From: an uncultured Eubacteriales bacterium
GTDB lineage: Bacteria > Bacillota > Clostridia > Christensenellales > UBA1242
Reading direction: 5' to 3'
DNA length: 64,000 nucleotides
NCBI GenBank assembly: GCA_900551855.1
Contig: URXM01000002.1
Location: forward strand, 102,290-166,289
The translations under genes and the position numbers were made by a program. The first letter of the stretch is position 1. Each line of letters starts with the position of its first letter. The notes under the pieces are model-generated. The model did not search any database, was not told the origin of the DNA, and saw nothing but the letters and a program-made list of their open reading frames with translations. Shown here one piece after another: positions 17,065-28,800 of this stretch.

Positions 17065-18351
17065 TTGCTTTGAAATTGTTTCAAGATCTTCAATTTTCTT
17101 TGTTGATTGATGCTTGATAGGTACCCATTCAACTTTCTTGAACAATGTGATAAAAGGAATTGGAATAAGAGCAATCATAAAAAGAGGATAAACAAGCATA
17201 GAAATAATTTTGTTTTTTGAAGAAACTTTTATTCTTTTCCAATCTTTTATCACTGCTAATGAGCCATAAACAAAGAATCCCAAATAAAGAATTGCGAAGA
17301 ATTTTAACAAACCTAACAGCAAAAGTCCAACTGTCAAGAAAAAAGGTTCTCCTGCAATAAGTTTGACAATACATTCTATAAAAGCCCAAAGGCCATTTAC
17401 AAGAGCCCAAGAGGTAGAACACAATGGAATAGGTGATAGATAAATAATGAAATCAAAAAAGGTAAATTTTAATGTTGTAAATAGTTTCAAGAAAAGTTTT
17501 CCAACAAACATACTTAAAACAACATAAGAACCTTTTTGCCATCTCAATCTTTGTTTGTATGTTTGTTTTAATGTTGTAGGTTGTTCATCATAGAATATAG
17601 CATCATCGCAATAGGCTGCTCTTGTGTTTTTAACAACTTTGTCACAAGACAATTGAGTATCTTCAGATATAGTATTATAAGGCCAACCTTGTTTATAATC
17701 AAAGACTTCAGTTGAGATCAAAAACCCAGTACCAGAAACAAAAGTTGATAAATTTAAAAGATTTCTTGGCCCATGTAAAAAACGACAATCCCTTATAAAA
17801 CCAACTGAAGAGCCCATTGCCATTATGCTTTCATCATAATTCTTTGAAGCCCTGTAAGATGTTATAATTTTTTCTCCGCTGTCAAAAGCGTTGTTCATTT
17901 CTTTTATGTAATTTTTATCCAAAATGTTGTCAGCATCAAAAACAAAAAATCCTTCAGGATGGTAATCAGGGAAATCTCTTACCATATTTTTTAAAATCAA
18001 ATTTAATGGATAACATTTTCCAATCTTTGTAGGATCGTGTCTTTCGTAAACTATTGCACCTTTTTCTCTTGCTATTTGAGCAGTTTTATCGTTTGGAGAA
18101 CAATTATCTGCACAAACAAAAATTTTAATTTTTGACATGTCATAATTTTGATTGTTTATACTATCAATAAGTTGACCAATAACGGATTCTTCATTTCTTC
18201 CTGCAATTAAGATGGCATATTCGTGATCTTTTTTTGCAGGTTTATATTTTTTTACTTTAAACAATCCTATAACAACAAATAAGATTTGATATAGCATTAA
18301 AATAGTAAAAAAATTCCAAACAACTGAGTTTATGATATCGTAAATAGACAT
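17062..18351 (-). CDS. Membrane-integrated processive family-2 glycosyltransferase (PgaC/IcaA/cellulose-synthase-like)
   Basis: N-terminal TM, GT-A core (ILIAGRNEE, FVFDADN), QxxRW motif (QRLRWQKG) and multiple C-terminal TMs. Confidence 0.85.
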   Translation of the reverse strand: MSIYDIINSVVWNFFTILMLYQILFVVIGLFKVKKYKPAKKDHEYAILIAGRNEESVIGQLIDSINNQNYDMSKIKIFVCADNCSPNDKTAQIAREKGAIVYERHDPTKIGKCYPLNLILKNMVRDFPDYHPEGFFVFDADNILDKNYIKEMNNAFDSGEKIITSYRASKNYDESIMAMGSSVGFIRDCRFLHGPRNLLNLSTFVSGTGFLISTEVFDYKQGWPYNTISEDTQLSCDKVVKNTRAAYCDDAIFYDEQPTTLKQTYKQRLRWQKGSYVVLSMFVGKLFLKLFTTLKFTFFDFIIYLSPIPLCSTSWALVNGLWAFIECIVKLIAGEPFFLTVGLLLLGLLKFFAILYLGFFVYGSLAVIKDWKRIKVSSKNKIISMLVYPLFMIALIPIPFITLFKKVEWVPIKHQSTKKIEDLETISKQ

Positions 18352-18459
18352 AACGCAACTCCTAAAGCATCTTTTCTATAATACTACAATGAAAAAAATT
18401 AGTCAATAAGAAAAAATCATCTTTTATAGATGACTTTTTATTTAAATTATATAATATTA

Positions 18460-19845
18460 TTAAAACTTAATTTTTTCTGCTATATATTTGCTTATTTCAG
18501 AAATTGGCAAACGGATTTGTTCCATTGTGTCTCTGTCTCTGATTGTGACAGAGTTGTCTTCAAGTGTGTCAAAGTCAATTGTCACGCAATATGGAGTTCC
18601 GATTTCGTCTTCACGACGATATCTTTTCCCGATAGAACCAGATTCATCATAATCACAGTTGAATTCTTTTGAAAGATTGCGATAAACTTCTTTTGCTTTT
18701 TCTGAAAGTTTTTTAGAAAGTGGAAGAACGGCAACTTTATAAGGAGCAAGTGCAGGCAAAAGGTGCAAAACAACTCTTGTGTCATTTTCTCCAACTGTTT
18801 CTTCTGCATAGGCATTGCAAAGAATTGTTAAAAACATTCTGTCAACACCAAGGGCAGGTTCAACAACATAAGGAATATATTTTTCATTTGTTATAGGATC
18901 AATATATTCCATATTTTCGCCACTAAATTGTTGATGTTGCTTCAAATCATAGTCAGTTCTGTCAGCAATTCCCCAAAGTTCTCCCCAACCAAATGGGAAC
19001 AAAAATTCAAAGTCGCAGGTTGCTTTGCTGTAGAAACTTAATTCTTCTTTTGAGTGATTTCTTTCTCTCAAATTTTCTTTCTTTATTCCAAGATCATAAA
19101 GCCAAGTTCTCATTTGATTTTTGTAATAATCAAACCACTCTAAGTCTGTTCCAGGTTTGCAGAAAAATTCAAGTTCCATTTGTTCGAACTCTCTTGTTCT
19201 GAAGATAAAGTTTCCTGGGGTGATTTCGTTTCTGAAACTTCTTCCCATTTGTGCTATACCAAAAGGCATTTTTGGTCTTTGAGTTCTTACAACATTTTTG
19301 TAGTCAACAAACATTGCTTGTGCTGTTTCTGGACGCAAGTAAACTTCGCTTTTTGCATCTTCAGTGACACCCATAAATGTTTTAAACATCAAATTGAAGT
19401 TTCTCAAACCAGTAAAATTGCTGTGACCGCAGTTTGGACACTTGATTTTGTTGTCTTGAATGTATTTTTCCATATCTTCTCTTGACATTCCTTCAGCAGA
19501 AACAGTTCCGTTTGAAGCTTCTTCAATCAAATGATCAGCACGAAATCTTTGTTTACAACTTTTACAGTCAATCAAAGGATCAGAAAAGTTTGTAAGGTGT
19601 CCACTTGCTTGCCAAACCTTTGGATTCATAATTATTGCAGCATCTATACCAATGTTGTATTCGTTTTCGTGAACAAATCTTTTCCACCAAAGATCTTTAA
19701 TGTTCTTTTTCAATTCGCTTCCAATTGGACCATAATCCCAACTGTTTGCAAGACCTCCATAAATTTCACTTCCTGGAAATACAAAACCTCTTGCTTTGCA
19801 AAGGTTTACGATCTTGTCCATTGTTAAATTTGTCTTTTCTTCCAT
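18460..19845 (-). CDS. glyQS: Glycine--tRNA ligase (alpha2 homodimeric type)
   Basis: 461-aa class II aaRS with typical GlyQS sequence ([49 protein letters not shown]). Confidence 0.97.
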   Translation of the reverse strand: MEEKTNLTMDKIVNLCKARGFVFPGSEIYGGLANSWDYGPIGSELKKNIKDLWWKRFVHENEYNIGIDAAIIMNPKVWQASGHLTNFSDPLIDCKSCKQRFRADHLIEEASNGTVSAEGMSREDMEKYIQDNKIKCPNCGHSNFTGLRNFNLMFKTFMGVTEDAKSEVYLRPETAQAMFVDYKNVVRTQRPKMPFGIAQMGRSFRNEITPGNFIFRTREFEQMELEFFCKPGTDLEWFDYYKNQMRTWLYDLGIKKENLRERNHSKEELSFYSKATCDFEFLFPFGWGELWGIADRTDYDLKQHQQFSGENMEYIDPITNEKYIPYVVEPALGVDRMFLTILCNAYAEETVGENDTRVVLHLLPALAPYKVAVLPLSKKLSEKAKEVYRNLSKEFNCDYDESGSIGKRYRREDEIGTPYCVTIDFDTLEDNSVTIRDRDTMEQIRLPISEISKYIAEKIKF

Positions 19846-19879
19846 AATACGCTCCTTTTACTTTTTGACACTTTATAAT

Positions 19880-20032
19880 AAAAAAACTGTGCCAAAATAC
19901 TATCAGCACAGGGGCGACCAAAAGGACGCTGTTCCACCCTATTTCATAAGAGAAACTCTTACCTCATTACTGTCTTTACGCCGACAAGCGTTTGCTCGGG
20001 AGTTGCCAATTCCGTCATTGCTATTGAAAGTT
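19880..20032 (-). promoter_or_regulatory. T-box leader (glycine specifier GGC) with an intrinsic terminator
   Basis: The minus strand carries the T-box sequence AATAGGGTGGAACAGCGTCC (19943-19924). A GGC codon sits in the stem-I specifier context GTCGGCGTA (GGC at 19992-19990). A terminator hairpin CTGTGCC...GGCACAG with a T-run follows (19922-19880), directly upstream of glyQS. Confidence 0.85.
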
Positions 20033-20038
20033 TACAAT

Positions 20039-20067
20039 AAAAACTTTTTATTGTCAATTGTTTTTAT
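20039..20067 (-). promoter_or_regulatory. Sigma-70-type promoter of the glyQS T-box leader
   Basis: Minus strand TTGACA (20067-20062), 17-nt spacer, TAAACT (20044-20039). Confidence 0.65.
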
Positions 20068-20328
20068 ATAAAAGAAAAAATAATATTTTGTTAAAATAAG
20101 TAATAAAATAAGAAAAAATATTTAATATTAAAAATAAATTATAATAAAAAACAATTTAAAATAATAATTTTAATAAAAATAAATAAAAAACAAGCAAAAA
20201 TGCTTGTTTTTTCTAAAAATACCATAAATAAATGCGAAAAAATGATTAAAAAATTGATTTTTTATTGTTTTTTTTAATAATTTTAATATTATTTTTGTGT
20301 TTTTATTTATTTTTTTTAATTTTTAAAT

Positions 20329-21909
20329 TTAATTTTTAAATTTTTCCATATATTCTTCATAAGACATTTGTTTGTCAATTATTGTATTTTCATCAACAAT
20401 ATCAATAATTCTGTTTGCTACAGTTTCAATAATTTCTTGGTCTCCTGTTGCAAAAAGCATACATCCTCTGAAGTTTATCATACCTTTGTTTAAAGAGGTA
20501 ATACTTTCAAGGTCCAAATGGTTTGTTGGCTCGTCCAAAATCAAGAAGTTTCCTGATTCAAGCATAATTTTTGCAAGCATACATCTTACTTTTTCTCCAC
20601 CAGACAAAACATTGACTTCTTTCAAACTTTCTTCTCCAGAAAACAACATTCTTCCAAGCCAACCACGAACATAACTTTCTGTCTTGTCTTTTGAATATTG
20701 TCTAAGCCAATCTACAATGCTTAAATGGCAGTTTTCAAAATATTCTCTGTTATCTTGTGGCAAATATGAATATTTTATAGTCTTTCCCCAGTGGATTTGT
20801 CCACTATCTGCAGATTCTTTTCCTGTCAAAATGTTGAAAAGTGTTGTCAAAACCAAACTGTTTGAAGAAAGGAAAACAATTTTTTGACCATGCTCAACAG
20901 TGAATGACAGATTTTTAAACATTCCTGCCTTTGTAAGTTTTTCCACTTTCAAAATTTCTTTTCCGATTTCTTGTTCGTATCTAAAATCTACATAAGGGTA
21001 TTTTCTTGAAGAAGGCTTAAAGTCTTCAATTGTCAACTTTTCCAATTCTTTCTTTCTGCTTGTGGCTTGTCTTGATTTTGAAGCGTTTGCAGAGAATCTT
21101 GCAATAAAGTCTTTCAATTCTTTTGCACGCTGTTCTGCTTTTTTGTTTTGGTCTTTTGCTTGTCTTGCCAAAAGTTGACTTGTTTCATACCAGAAATCAT
21201 AGTTTCCAAGATACATATTGATTTCGCCAAAGTCTACATCGCAAATGTGGGTGCAGACTTTGTTTAAGAAGTGTCTGTTGTGTGATACGATGATAACTAT
21301 GTTTTGAAAATCAAGTAAGAAGTTTTCTAGCCATCTTATTGTTTTAAAGTCCAAATTGTTTGTTGGTTCATCAAGAATAAGAATATCAGGATTTCCAAAC
21401 AAAGCTTGTGCCAACAACACCTTGACTTTGAGTTTAGAATCCAAAGTTGACATAAGATCATAGAAAGAACTTTCTGGAACTCCTAAGTTTTGAAGTAAAG
21501 TTTTTGCTTCGCTGTCGGCTTCCCAGCCACCAAGTTCGGCATATTCTGTTTCAAGTTCGCCGGCCCTTATGCCATCTGCTTCTGAAAAATCAGGTTTTGC
21601 GTAAAGTGCATCTTTTTCTTTTTGAATTTCCATCAATCTTTTATGGCCAAGCAAAACAGTGTCCAAAACTGTTTCGTTGTCATATTTGTTTTGATTTTGT
21701 TCCAAAACAGACATTCTTTCGCCAGGGGTAATGAACACTTCCCCAGTGTTTGGTTCGATTTCTCCTGTCAATATCTTCAAAAAAGTAGATTTACCGGCAC
21801 CGTTTGCGCCGATAATTCCGTAACAATTTCCTTTTGTAAACTTCAAATTTACATCTTTATATAATGTTCTTCCGCCAAATGCTAGCGAAACATTGATTGC
21901 TTGAATCAT
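20329..21909 (-). CDS. ABC-F family ATPase (two fused ABC cassettes, no TM domain)
   Basis: Two Walker A motifs (GANGAGKST and a degenerate second one), two signature motifs (LSGGEKVR...) and an inter-domain linker rich in K/R/Q/E. Confidence 0.9.
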   Translation of the reverse strand: MIQAINVSLAFGGRTLYKDVNLKFTKGNCYGIIGANGAGKSTFLKILTGEIEPNTGEVFITPGERMSVLEQNQNKYDNETVLDTVLLGHKRLMEIQKEKDALYAKPDFSEADGIRAGELETEYAELGGWEADSEAKTLLQNLGVPESSFYDLMSTLDSKLKVKVLLAQALFGNPDILILDEPTNNLDFKTIRWLENFLLDFQNIVIIVSHNRHFLNKVCTHICDVDFGEINMYLGNYDFWYETSQLLARQAKDQNKKAEQRAKELKDFIARFSANASKSRQATSRKKELEKLTIEDFKPSSRKYPYVDFRYEQEIGKEILKVEKLTKAGMFKNLSFTVEHGQKIVFLSSNSLVLTTLFNILTGKESADSGQIHWGKTIKYSYLPQDNREYFENCHLSIVDWLRQYSKDKTESYVRGWLGRMLFSGEESLKEVNVLSGGEKVRCMLAKIMLESGNFLILDEPTNHLDLESITSLNKGMINFRGCMLFATGDQEIIETVANRIIDIVDENTIIDKQMSYEEYMEKFKN

Positions 21910-22676
21910 TATTTCTCCTTAACTACATTTTTTTCTTTTTTTGATTTATTATTGTTGTTTTTAAGTTTTTTCTCTATTTTTGAAACTTTTTCTTTGGTTT
22001 TTGTTGATGTTTTCTTTTTGTTTATAGAAAGATTCTTTTGATTTTCTTTTATTTGCTCATTAACGATTTGAGAATTCATTTCTCTTTCAACTTTTTGTTT
22101 TTTCTCAATCAACTGCAATTTTTCAAGATAAGAGATTTCATATTTATCTTCCAAGTTGTTCAACAAAGATTTCAAATCTGTGTGCTCATCAAAAAGACCA
22201 TCCAGCATTTTTGATAAAATAGGATTTATTTGATAAATTTCTTGAAAGGCGTCTTTTTCATCGAATCTTTGATTTTTAAATTCGGATAAAATTGATTTTG
22301 TTATGTCAATTCTGATATTGAAATAAACATTTAATTTTTCGGAAAATTCAGGAGAAAAATCAAAATTTGATATATTTTTTTTGATTTTTTTCATATTTTT
22401 TACTGAATTTTTGAAATATTTTTTTATTTCGCTTTTATTTTCATAAATAAAATCAGGAAAGACTATTTTGGCTGACATTTGATTTAGATACAATCTTTCT
22501 TTCAAAAGTTCTTTTGTCATAACAAAATTTCTTGGCAAAGGACTAAAGCCTGTCAGTTTGTAAACTTTCCCCAATCTAGGGTTTATCATGTTTAAAAAGT
22601 TATAAATTTCATAATTTGTATTCATAAAATCATTATAAACGATAAACCGTTTTGTGTCAACTTTAAACACAACCAA
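21909..22676 (-). CDS. Hypothetical K/N-rich protein, translationally coupled to the ABC-F gene
   Basis: Its TAA stop overlaps the ABC-F ATG (TAATG at 21911-21907). No recognisable domain. The start is uncertain (TTG at 22676 or ATG at 22625). Confidence 0.5.
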   Translation of the reverse strand: MVVFKVDTKRFIVYNDFMNTNYEIYNFLNMINPRLGKVYKLTGFSPLPRNFVMTKELLKERLYLNQMSAKIVFPDFIYENKSEIKKYFKNSVKNMKKIKKNISNFDFSPEFSEKLNVYFNIRIDITKSILSEFKNQRFDEKDAFQEIYQINPILSKMLDGLFDEHTDLKSLLNNLEDKYEISYLEKLQLIEKKQKVEREMNSQIVNEQIKENQKNLSINKKKTSTKTKEKVSKIEKKLKNNNNKSKKEKNVVKEK

Positions 22677-22752
22677 AATCTTTGCGAGGGGGATGTTTTT
22701 AGCAGTTATATATATTTATATATAAATTATTAGAAATTCCTTATTTTTTCAC

Positions 22753-22781
22753 TTGCTTAATGAAGATAAAAAATGTATAAT
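22753..22781 (+). promoter_or_regulatory. Sigma-70-type promoter of the giant surface-protein gene
   Basis: TTGCTT (22753-22758), 17-nt spacer ending in TG, TATAAT (22776-22781). The 5' UTR contains a 9-bp stem, AGGCAAACA (22796-22804) with TGTTTGCCT (22850-22858). Confidence 0.55.
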
Positions 22782-22892
22782 TATTTTGTCGAAAAAGGCA
22801 AACAATATTTTAGAGATAATGTTCTTAATTGTTAAATTTGTGTTTGGACTGTTTGCCTAGACTTTATGTCAATTTTAGAAAATGGAGTTTGT

Positions 22893-25800
22893 ATGAAAAA
22901 GAGAGGAGTTCTCAGTCTTTGGAAAGTTATCATACTTGTTATAGTCGGAATTATTGGAGTCGCAGGAGTGTCTGTGCTTTCTCTTTATTTAATGGGAAAG
23001 TTTGATGAAACTTTTGTTGAACCAGAAAATATTAGTTTTGTTAAACAGATTGATGAGGGATCTGGCTATTATAACGAAACATTGGGACAATATGAAGTTG
23101 CCTCCAATTTTGAAATGACTATTACCACAACAACAGAGAATGTAACTGAAAAGAAAATCACATTGTCTTTGGCTGGTGGTAGTGTTTTGAATGGTTATGT
23201 AAGTGATGGAATTATTACTGTTCCTCAAGAAGTTGAAATAAACAAACCATTCACTGTTTCTTTAGATACAGAATACAACGCAGACTCTCACATAATGGAA
23301 GATTGGATTGTTGGCGGTAAATCTGTTTTGACTGCAAAATCTACCAACGTTTTGATTTCAGCTGAAACAACTACTATTTGTGTTGATGTCCCAGTACACA
23401 GCATTGATGTTCAAGTGTCAGGAACAGATCAAACTGGAGATGTTCAAGATGTTGTAATTGGAACTTCATTTAATTTGGATACAATTTTCTATCCAGAACA
23501 AAGCAAGTATCTCTTCTCTGATTCTACAAGAGAAAAAGAAATTTTTTATACTTTCACATCTTCTTATATTTCTTATGACTGGGAAAGTGAAACATTCTTT
23601 GCCAACCAAAGAAGTGGAAATAATACAGACTCAATAACTGTTTATACTTTTGCAAATTCATATTATCAAAAACAAGTGATGGACATGTATTCTTCTATTA
23701 CTGATAGAGAACTTTTGACCTCAAATGTTTTGAGATATTTTGAGCAACATTCAGAGACATGTTTGACAAAAACTGTCAACATTAAAGTCCTTGATATAGA
23801 TGTTGAGAGTGTTGAAGTCGGAAATGAAGGGAATTCATTTAGTACATATCTTGATCAATACTTTACATTGACAACAGCATCATCAAACGGAAATGGAAAA
23901 CTTGATTTATCAATCAAAGATAGTAGCGGAGCTTTGTTAAATTCTTTGTTTGGGAATGTTGGTATTAAAGTTCCTAAAAATGTTGACGGCTTGACAATAT
24001 TGGGTGGAAAAGTTATGGAAGTTGTCACAACTGACGGAATGACAACAATCACTCAAAAAGACTTTGATAAAGATTTTGATTATGCTGGCGCCCCAGAAGG
24101 CACAGAATATTATGTTTTGCCAGACAGCACTCCAAAAGATTTTGCAGATTATTATTGGAGATTTGCTTCTGCAAATGAAAATGAATACACTCTTTCTATA
24201 AACTTCTTCTTTGAAAATGAAGAAGGTAATTGGGAAAACTTCTTTGCATTTAGTGGTGACACAAATGTTGAAAAAACAGTCACACTTATTGCCGAAGAAC
24301 ACGATTATGAAGAAGAACCAGCTTGGCAGACAAATGACACAATTATGCTCACAATCAACTATGATGAAGAAGGAAATCCTATTACAAGCAACAAAGACTT
24401 GTCAAAAGAATTGAATGCAATCAATGTTGACAACATCTATAAAACTATTAGATTCTTCTTGTTCATCGATGAAAATGAAGTTGGTTATGCTGAAAACTTG
24501 AATATGCAAGAAGCATTTAGTTGTGGAGAGGGTAAACTTTACACTCAAGATTATAAAGGACAATCTTTGGTAATTGCTGGTGCATCTGATTCAGCAAATG
24601 GTTATACATTATATGAAATTGATGGTTCTGTTCTTACAGCATTGAAGAGTTTCTCTGGAAAAGTAAAAGTTATTGCTGCGTTAATTAAGACTGATGCAGA
24701 AAACAAACCATACCTTACAGAAGATGGAAAGTATTTGATTATTAAGACAAGCAGAGTAAAAGATGTTATGGTTGAAAGCACTCTTTCAATTGCAAACATG
24801 GTTCCTTCAATATCTTTTGTCACTGGGGTGACACCAAATGTTGACCACAATAATGACTATTACATCCCTGCAATCAACAGAAATGAAACAGCTTCTCAAA
24901 GAAACATGATCAATTTTGAACTTGTTTTAAACAACAGTGAAGATACAGAAACTGATTCTCAAAAAGTAATTTCTGCTTTTAATTCTGGAAATCTTAAGGT
25001 TGCTTGCTTGGATATGAATGGACAAGTTATCAATGACTATGTCACATTGCAAGGCTTGGTTGAAAAATCAGTAGAAGAAAATACAATCACATTTGAAGGT
25101 TCGTTGGCAATAGAAGAAGCATATTTCTCTGCTGGTAAAAATTCTTTGGATAAGGGTACATACATTCGCCTTCAATTGCAATACAATGATGGCAAAGAAA
25201 CATATACAAAAAATGTGACAATCAAAGATGATACAAAAAATTATTTCTACATTTATTATCAACAACCTGTTTCTATGGAAGCAGAATTTGAAAATCAAAC
25301 AGATTTAGACGGCGATAATGATGGAATAATTGATGACATTATTGTAAATATAACTGCTTCAAACGGAATAAGCATTACTTGGGGAAATAAAGAAATTGCG
25401 GGGACTTCAGAAGAAGTTTTGCAACAGTTGAATGACCTTCTTGTGTTTACTTTGACAGATCAATTTGGAAACACAATTGAAGACAGTTCTGCTATTTACA
25501 GCATAAGACTTGTAGAAACTCCAATTGAGGGAACAGAGGAAAACATTTTGAGTTTGGACAGCACTTTGTCAAAAATTCAAAACTTTGTTTCTACACAAGG
25601 ACAAGAGAAGACTACTACTCTTACTGCTTACATCGTAGATAAAGAAGACAACTATGTTTACGCTTTTGATGATGAAGGAAATGTTACTGGAAATCGTATG
25701 GCTTCTCAAACTTTGACATTTAGAGTTCAAAGTGAAGGCGTAAAAGAAATCAAATACGATCCAACAGATACAGTTAATACAATTACAGAGGATCAATATG

Positions 25801-28800
25801 TATCAAGTTCAAGTTTAAGTCAAGTCACAATATCAAAATATGTGACAAGCAATCAAACTATTGATATGAACACATTGCTCAAGGTTTATACTTCTGGTGC
25901 GGATGGCGAACTTGCAGAAGCTAAAAACATTGTGTTTAAATTGGATGATGGATTCATTTCTGGATTGAGTTCTACAAACAAAGTAGACATAATGAAAATG
26001 ATAAAATTCAATTCTTTGGCAAATGTAGAAGCGACCGAAAATGTTGATACAATTGAAAATTATAGAAACACAAATATTGGTACTATCAATATTATAAATC
26101 CATTTAAAGAAGATGCTCAAATAGTATTCTCTGTAAGAGATGAAAACGAATCTTTGTTTAGTATTACTTTAATCTTGGTTTTGAAAGCAGATATTTCAAT
26201 CAGTCAGGGATTTAATGCTTACTATGAAGAAAATTCGGATTATTTGGTTACAAACGGAAACGCAATCAGCGTCTTTGCGGGACAATCTTATGATATCTCT
26301 GAATACCTTACTTTGACTTCTCATTTGGGAGCTTCTTATTCATGGGTTGCTTCACTTGGTGCTTTGTCATTGACTTCTGATCCAAGTGGCGTGTTCTATT
26401 CTGACAATGAAGATTGCTATCTTACTACAGTTAAAGAAAACGACATCATAAAACAAATCCTTTTGACTTTTGATGACCTTTACAAATTCCAGACCATCAA
26501 TGTCACTTTGTATTATGGAGTAAATTCATTCTATGCTTGCAGTATAACCATATCATTCTATGTAAATCCAAATATCATCGTAAGACAAATGACTACAGAA
26601 CAATCTTCAAATCCATATTTGGATTTAGAGGGGTTGAAATCTTCTACACTTGGAACATATTACAAACTTTATAAGGCTACTGACTATATTGAAAATGGTT
26701 ATAGTTTTGATGGAGTAGAAGAATTAAAATCAAACAACAACACAGGAAACATTGCTTTTGTTTACAGCAATAAATCAAGTGATAAATACATTTCTGTTGA
26801 AGCAAGTGATGATGATGCAAATGTTTACAACTTCTATTATGTAAAAGACGCAATATTGCATTTGACATTAGGACAAAAAGTAGAACAACAATTTGAAATT
26901 TATGCAGAACTTAAAGGTTCTTCAACAAGACAAAAGATTGACGCTATCAAAATTGTTGACAACGGAACAGATAAAGAGATTGTCCTTTGTGAAAAGACAG
27001 ACAGTTTGTACATTTCAATTGATATCGGATTTGGATCAAATGACAATGCAACTTTGGCTTCTGCAGTTTTGAGACAATCAAATGGAGGAGAAGTTAATGT
27101 AGTGACATACAATGGCGAAATTTATTTGTTGTTGTTGTCAGGAAGTAAATATGAAACACAAAACAACTTCTCTATAAGTGTTGGCTCTGAAACAGGAGAA
27201 CTTTATAGCAATTCTAAATATGAACTTTCAACTTATGGTATTGGTGGATTTATAAGCTTGGAAGGAAATGGTTTTGATGCAGAACAAATCTTGTCCGATT
27301 CAAAAGCAAATCCTATGACAATTATTGTTTCTTTGAAAGCAATAGTAAGCAAGATTGGAGACAAGTTTGTTTATTACAACAATGAAGAACTTCCAGAACA
27401 AGTAAGCAACATGGAGTTTAATGTTTTTGGAGACAAAGATTTCAGTGTAATTATTGGAGATTATACTGGACTTGAAAGCGAAAATGTTTATCAATCATTA
27501 CAAGCAGGAAACACATATACTATTATTCATGACAGCAGCAAAGAAATAGATTCTACTGATGATGCATTTGGTTTCTATTATGACGGAGATGCTACAGAAA
27601 TAAATACAGATTCAGCATCATATGAACTTTCTATTGTTGAAGATGCAAATGGATACATCAATGGCTTGGCTACATTGAAAGTTGAAGAAGGCAATTTGTT
27701 TGCTACCCAACTTGAAATCAATCATCTTGAAAGTGCTGTTGATAATGCATATATCGTTTTGAAACTTGAAATAAGTCAACATTCAGGCGGAATAAATTAT
27801 GTTTGGTATTATCGCATTAAAGTAGAACCAAGTTTTACTAAGGGTGCAGTAATATATCCATATAGTGATTTTGGTGAATATTTAGATACATATTCTAGAT
27901 ATTTTGATTCTCAAACATTGTCATATAAGATCAATCTTGAAGAACCTTTCACACCAAGCAATAGTAAATATTCTTCTGGAAAGCGTTTTGGCGACATAGC
28001 AGAATGGATTGACTTGGAGACAGAGCCAACATTTGAAGCTAAGTATTCAATTAAAAATGTAAAAATTGGCGAATCAGAAATCTCTAATTATCAAAATTAT
28101 TTCACATATAGTTTTGATGGTGGAAATTTTGAAATTAAGCTTGTTGATAATTCTGCAAAATTGACAGTTGTTATTGAAAAGAGTTTCTATGTAAACAACT
28201 TGGAAATGATTGGCGGAGAAATGCTTTATACTTTGTATTTCAATCAAGGACAAAATTATGTTCACACATTGAAACAAATCTCTGGAGATGAAGAACAAAA
28301 ACTCAATGCAGTAAACAATAAATATGAAACAACTGTTTACGCAGGAAGTGATGAAGTTGTGTTTGTTCCAGATATTAAGATTTCAAGCAATGGAACAGAA
28401 AGCAAAGTTAAAGAATTTTCTGCATATATTTCTGGAGAAAATATTGTTGGTTCTTTGATGCTTAAGAGCTATATAAAGGCTGGCTCAAAGATTTATACAG
28501 ATGATACTGCTACAACAACAAAAACAACTTTGAAAGACGATTTGGTTGTTGGAGAGTGGAAAGACAGTGTTGAAGATTTTACTGCAAATGAACATGGAAT
28601 TGTTTCATTGTCAGACACTGATGGAACTGTATATTATGTAGATAAAGCATCTATAAGTTGGGCGCATGCTTACCTTGATGGTGAAAAGCAGTTGCACATT
28701 AAACCACAAGAAACAGTAAGACAAGACAACAAATTTGAAATAGGATTCTATACTGACGAAAGAATTGTATTTACGATTGATTTGACTGTCACAAGTTATT

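Noticed and set aside
20071-20328. AT-rich repetitive-looking spacer as a CRISPR array or tandem repeat
   Set aside because: There are no regularly spaced direct repeats of 25-40 nt with unique spacers, only low-complexity A/T runs and one terminator-like hairpin. No cas genes are in the window.
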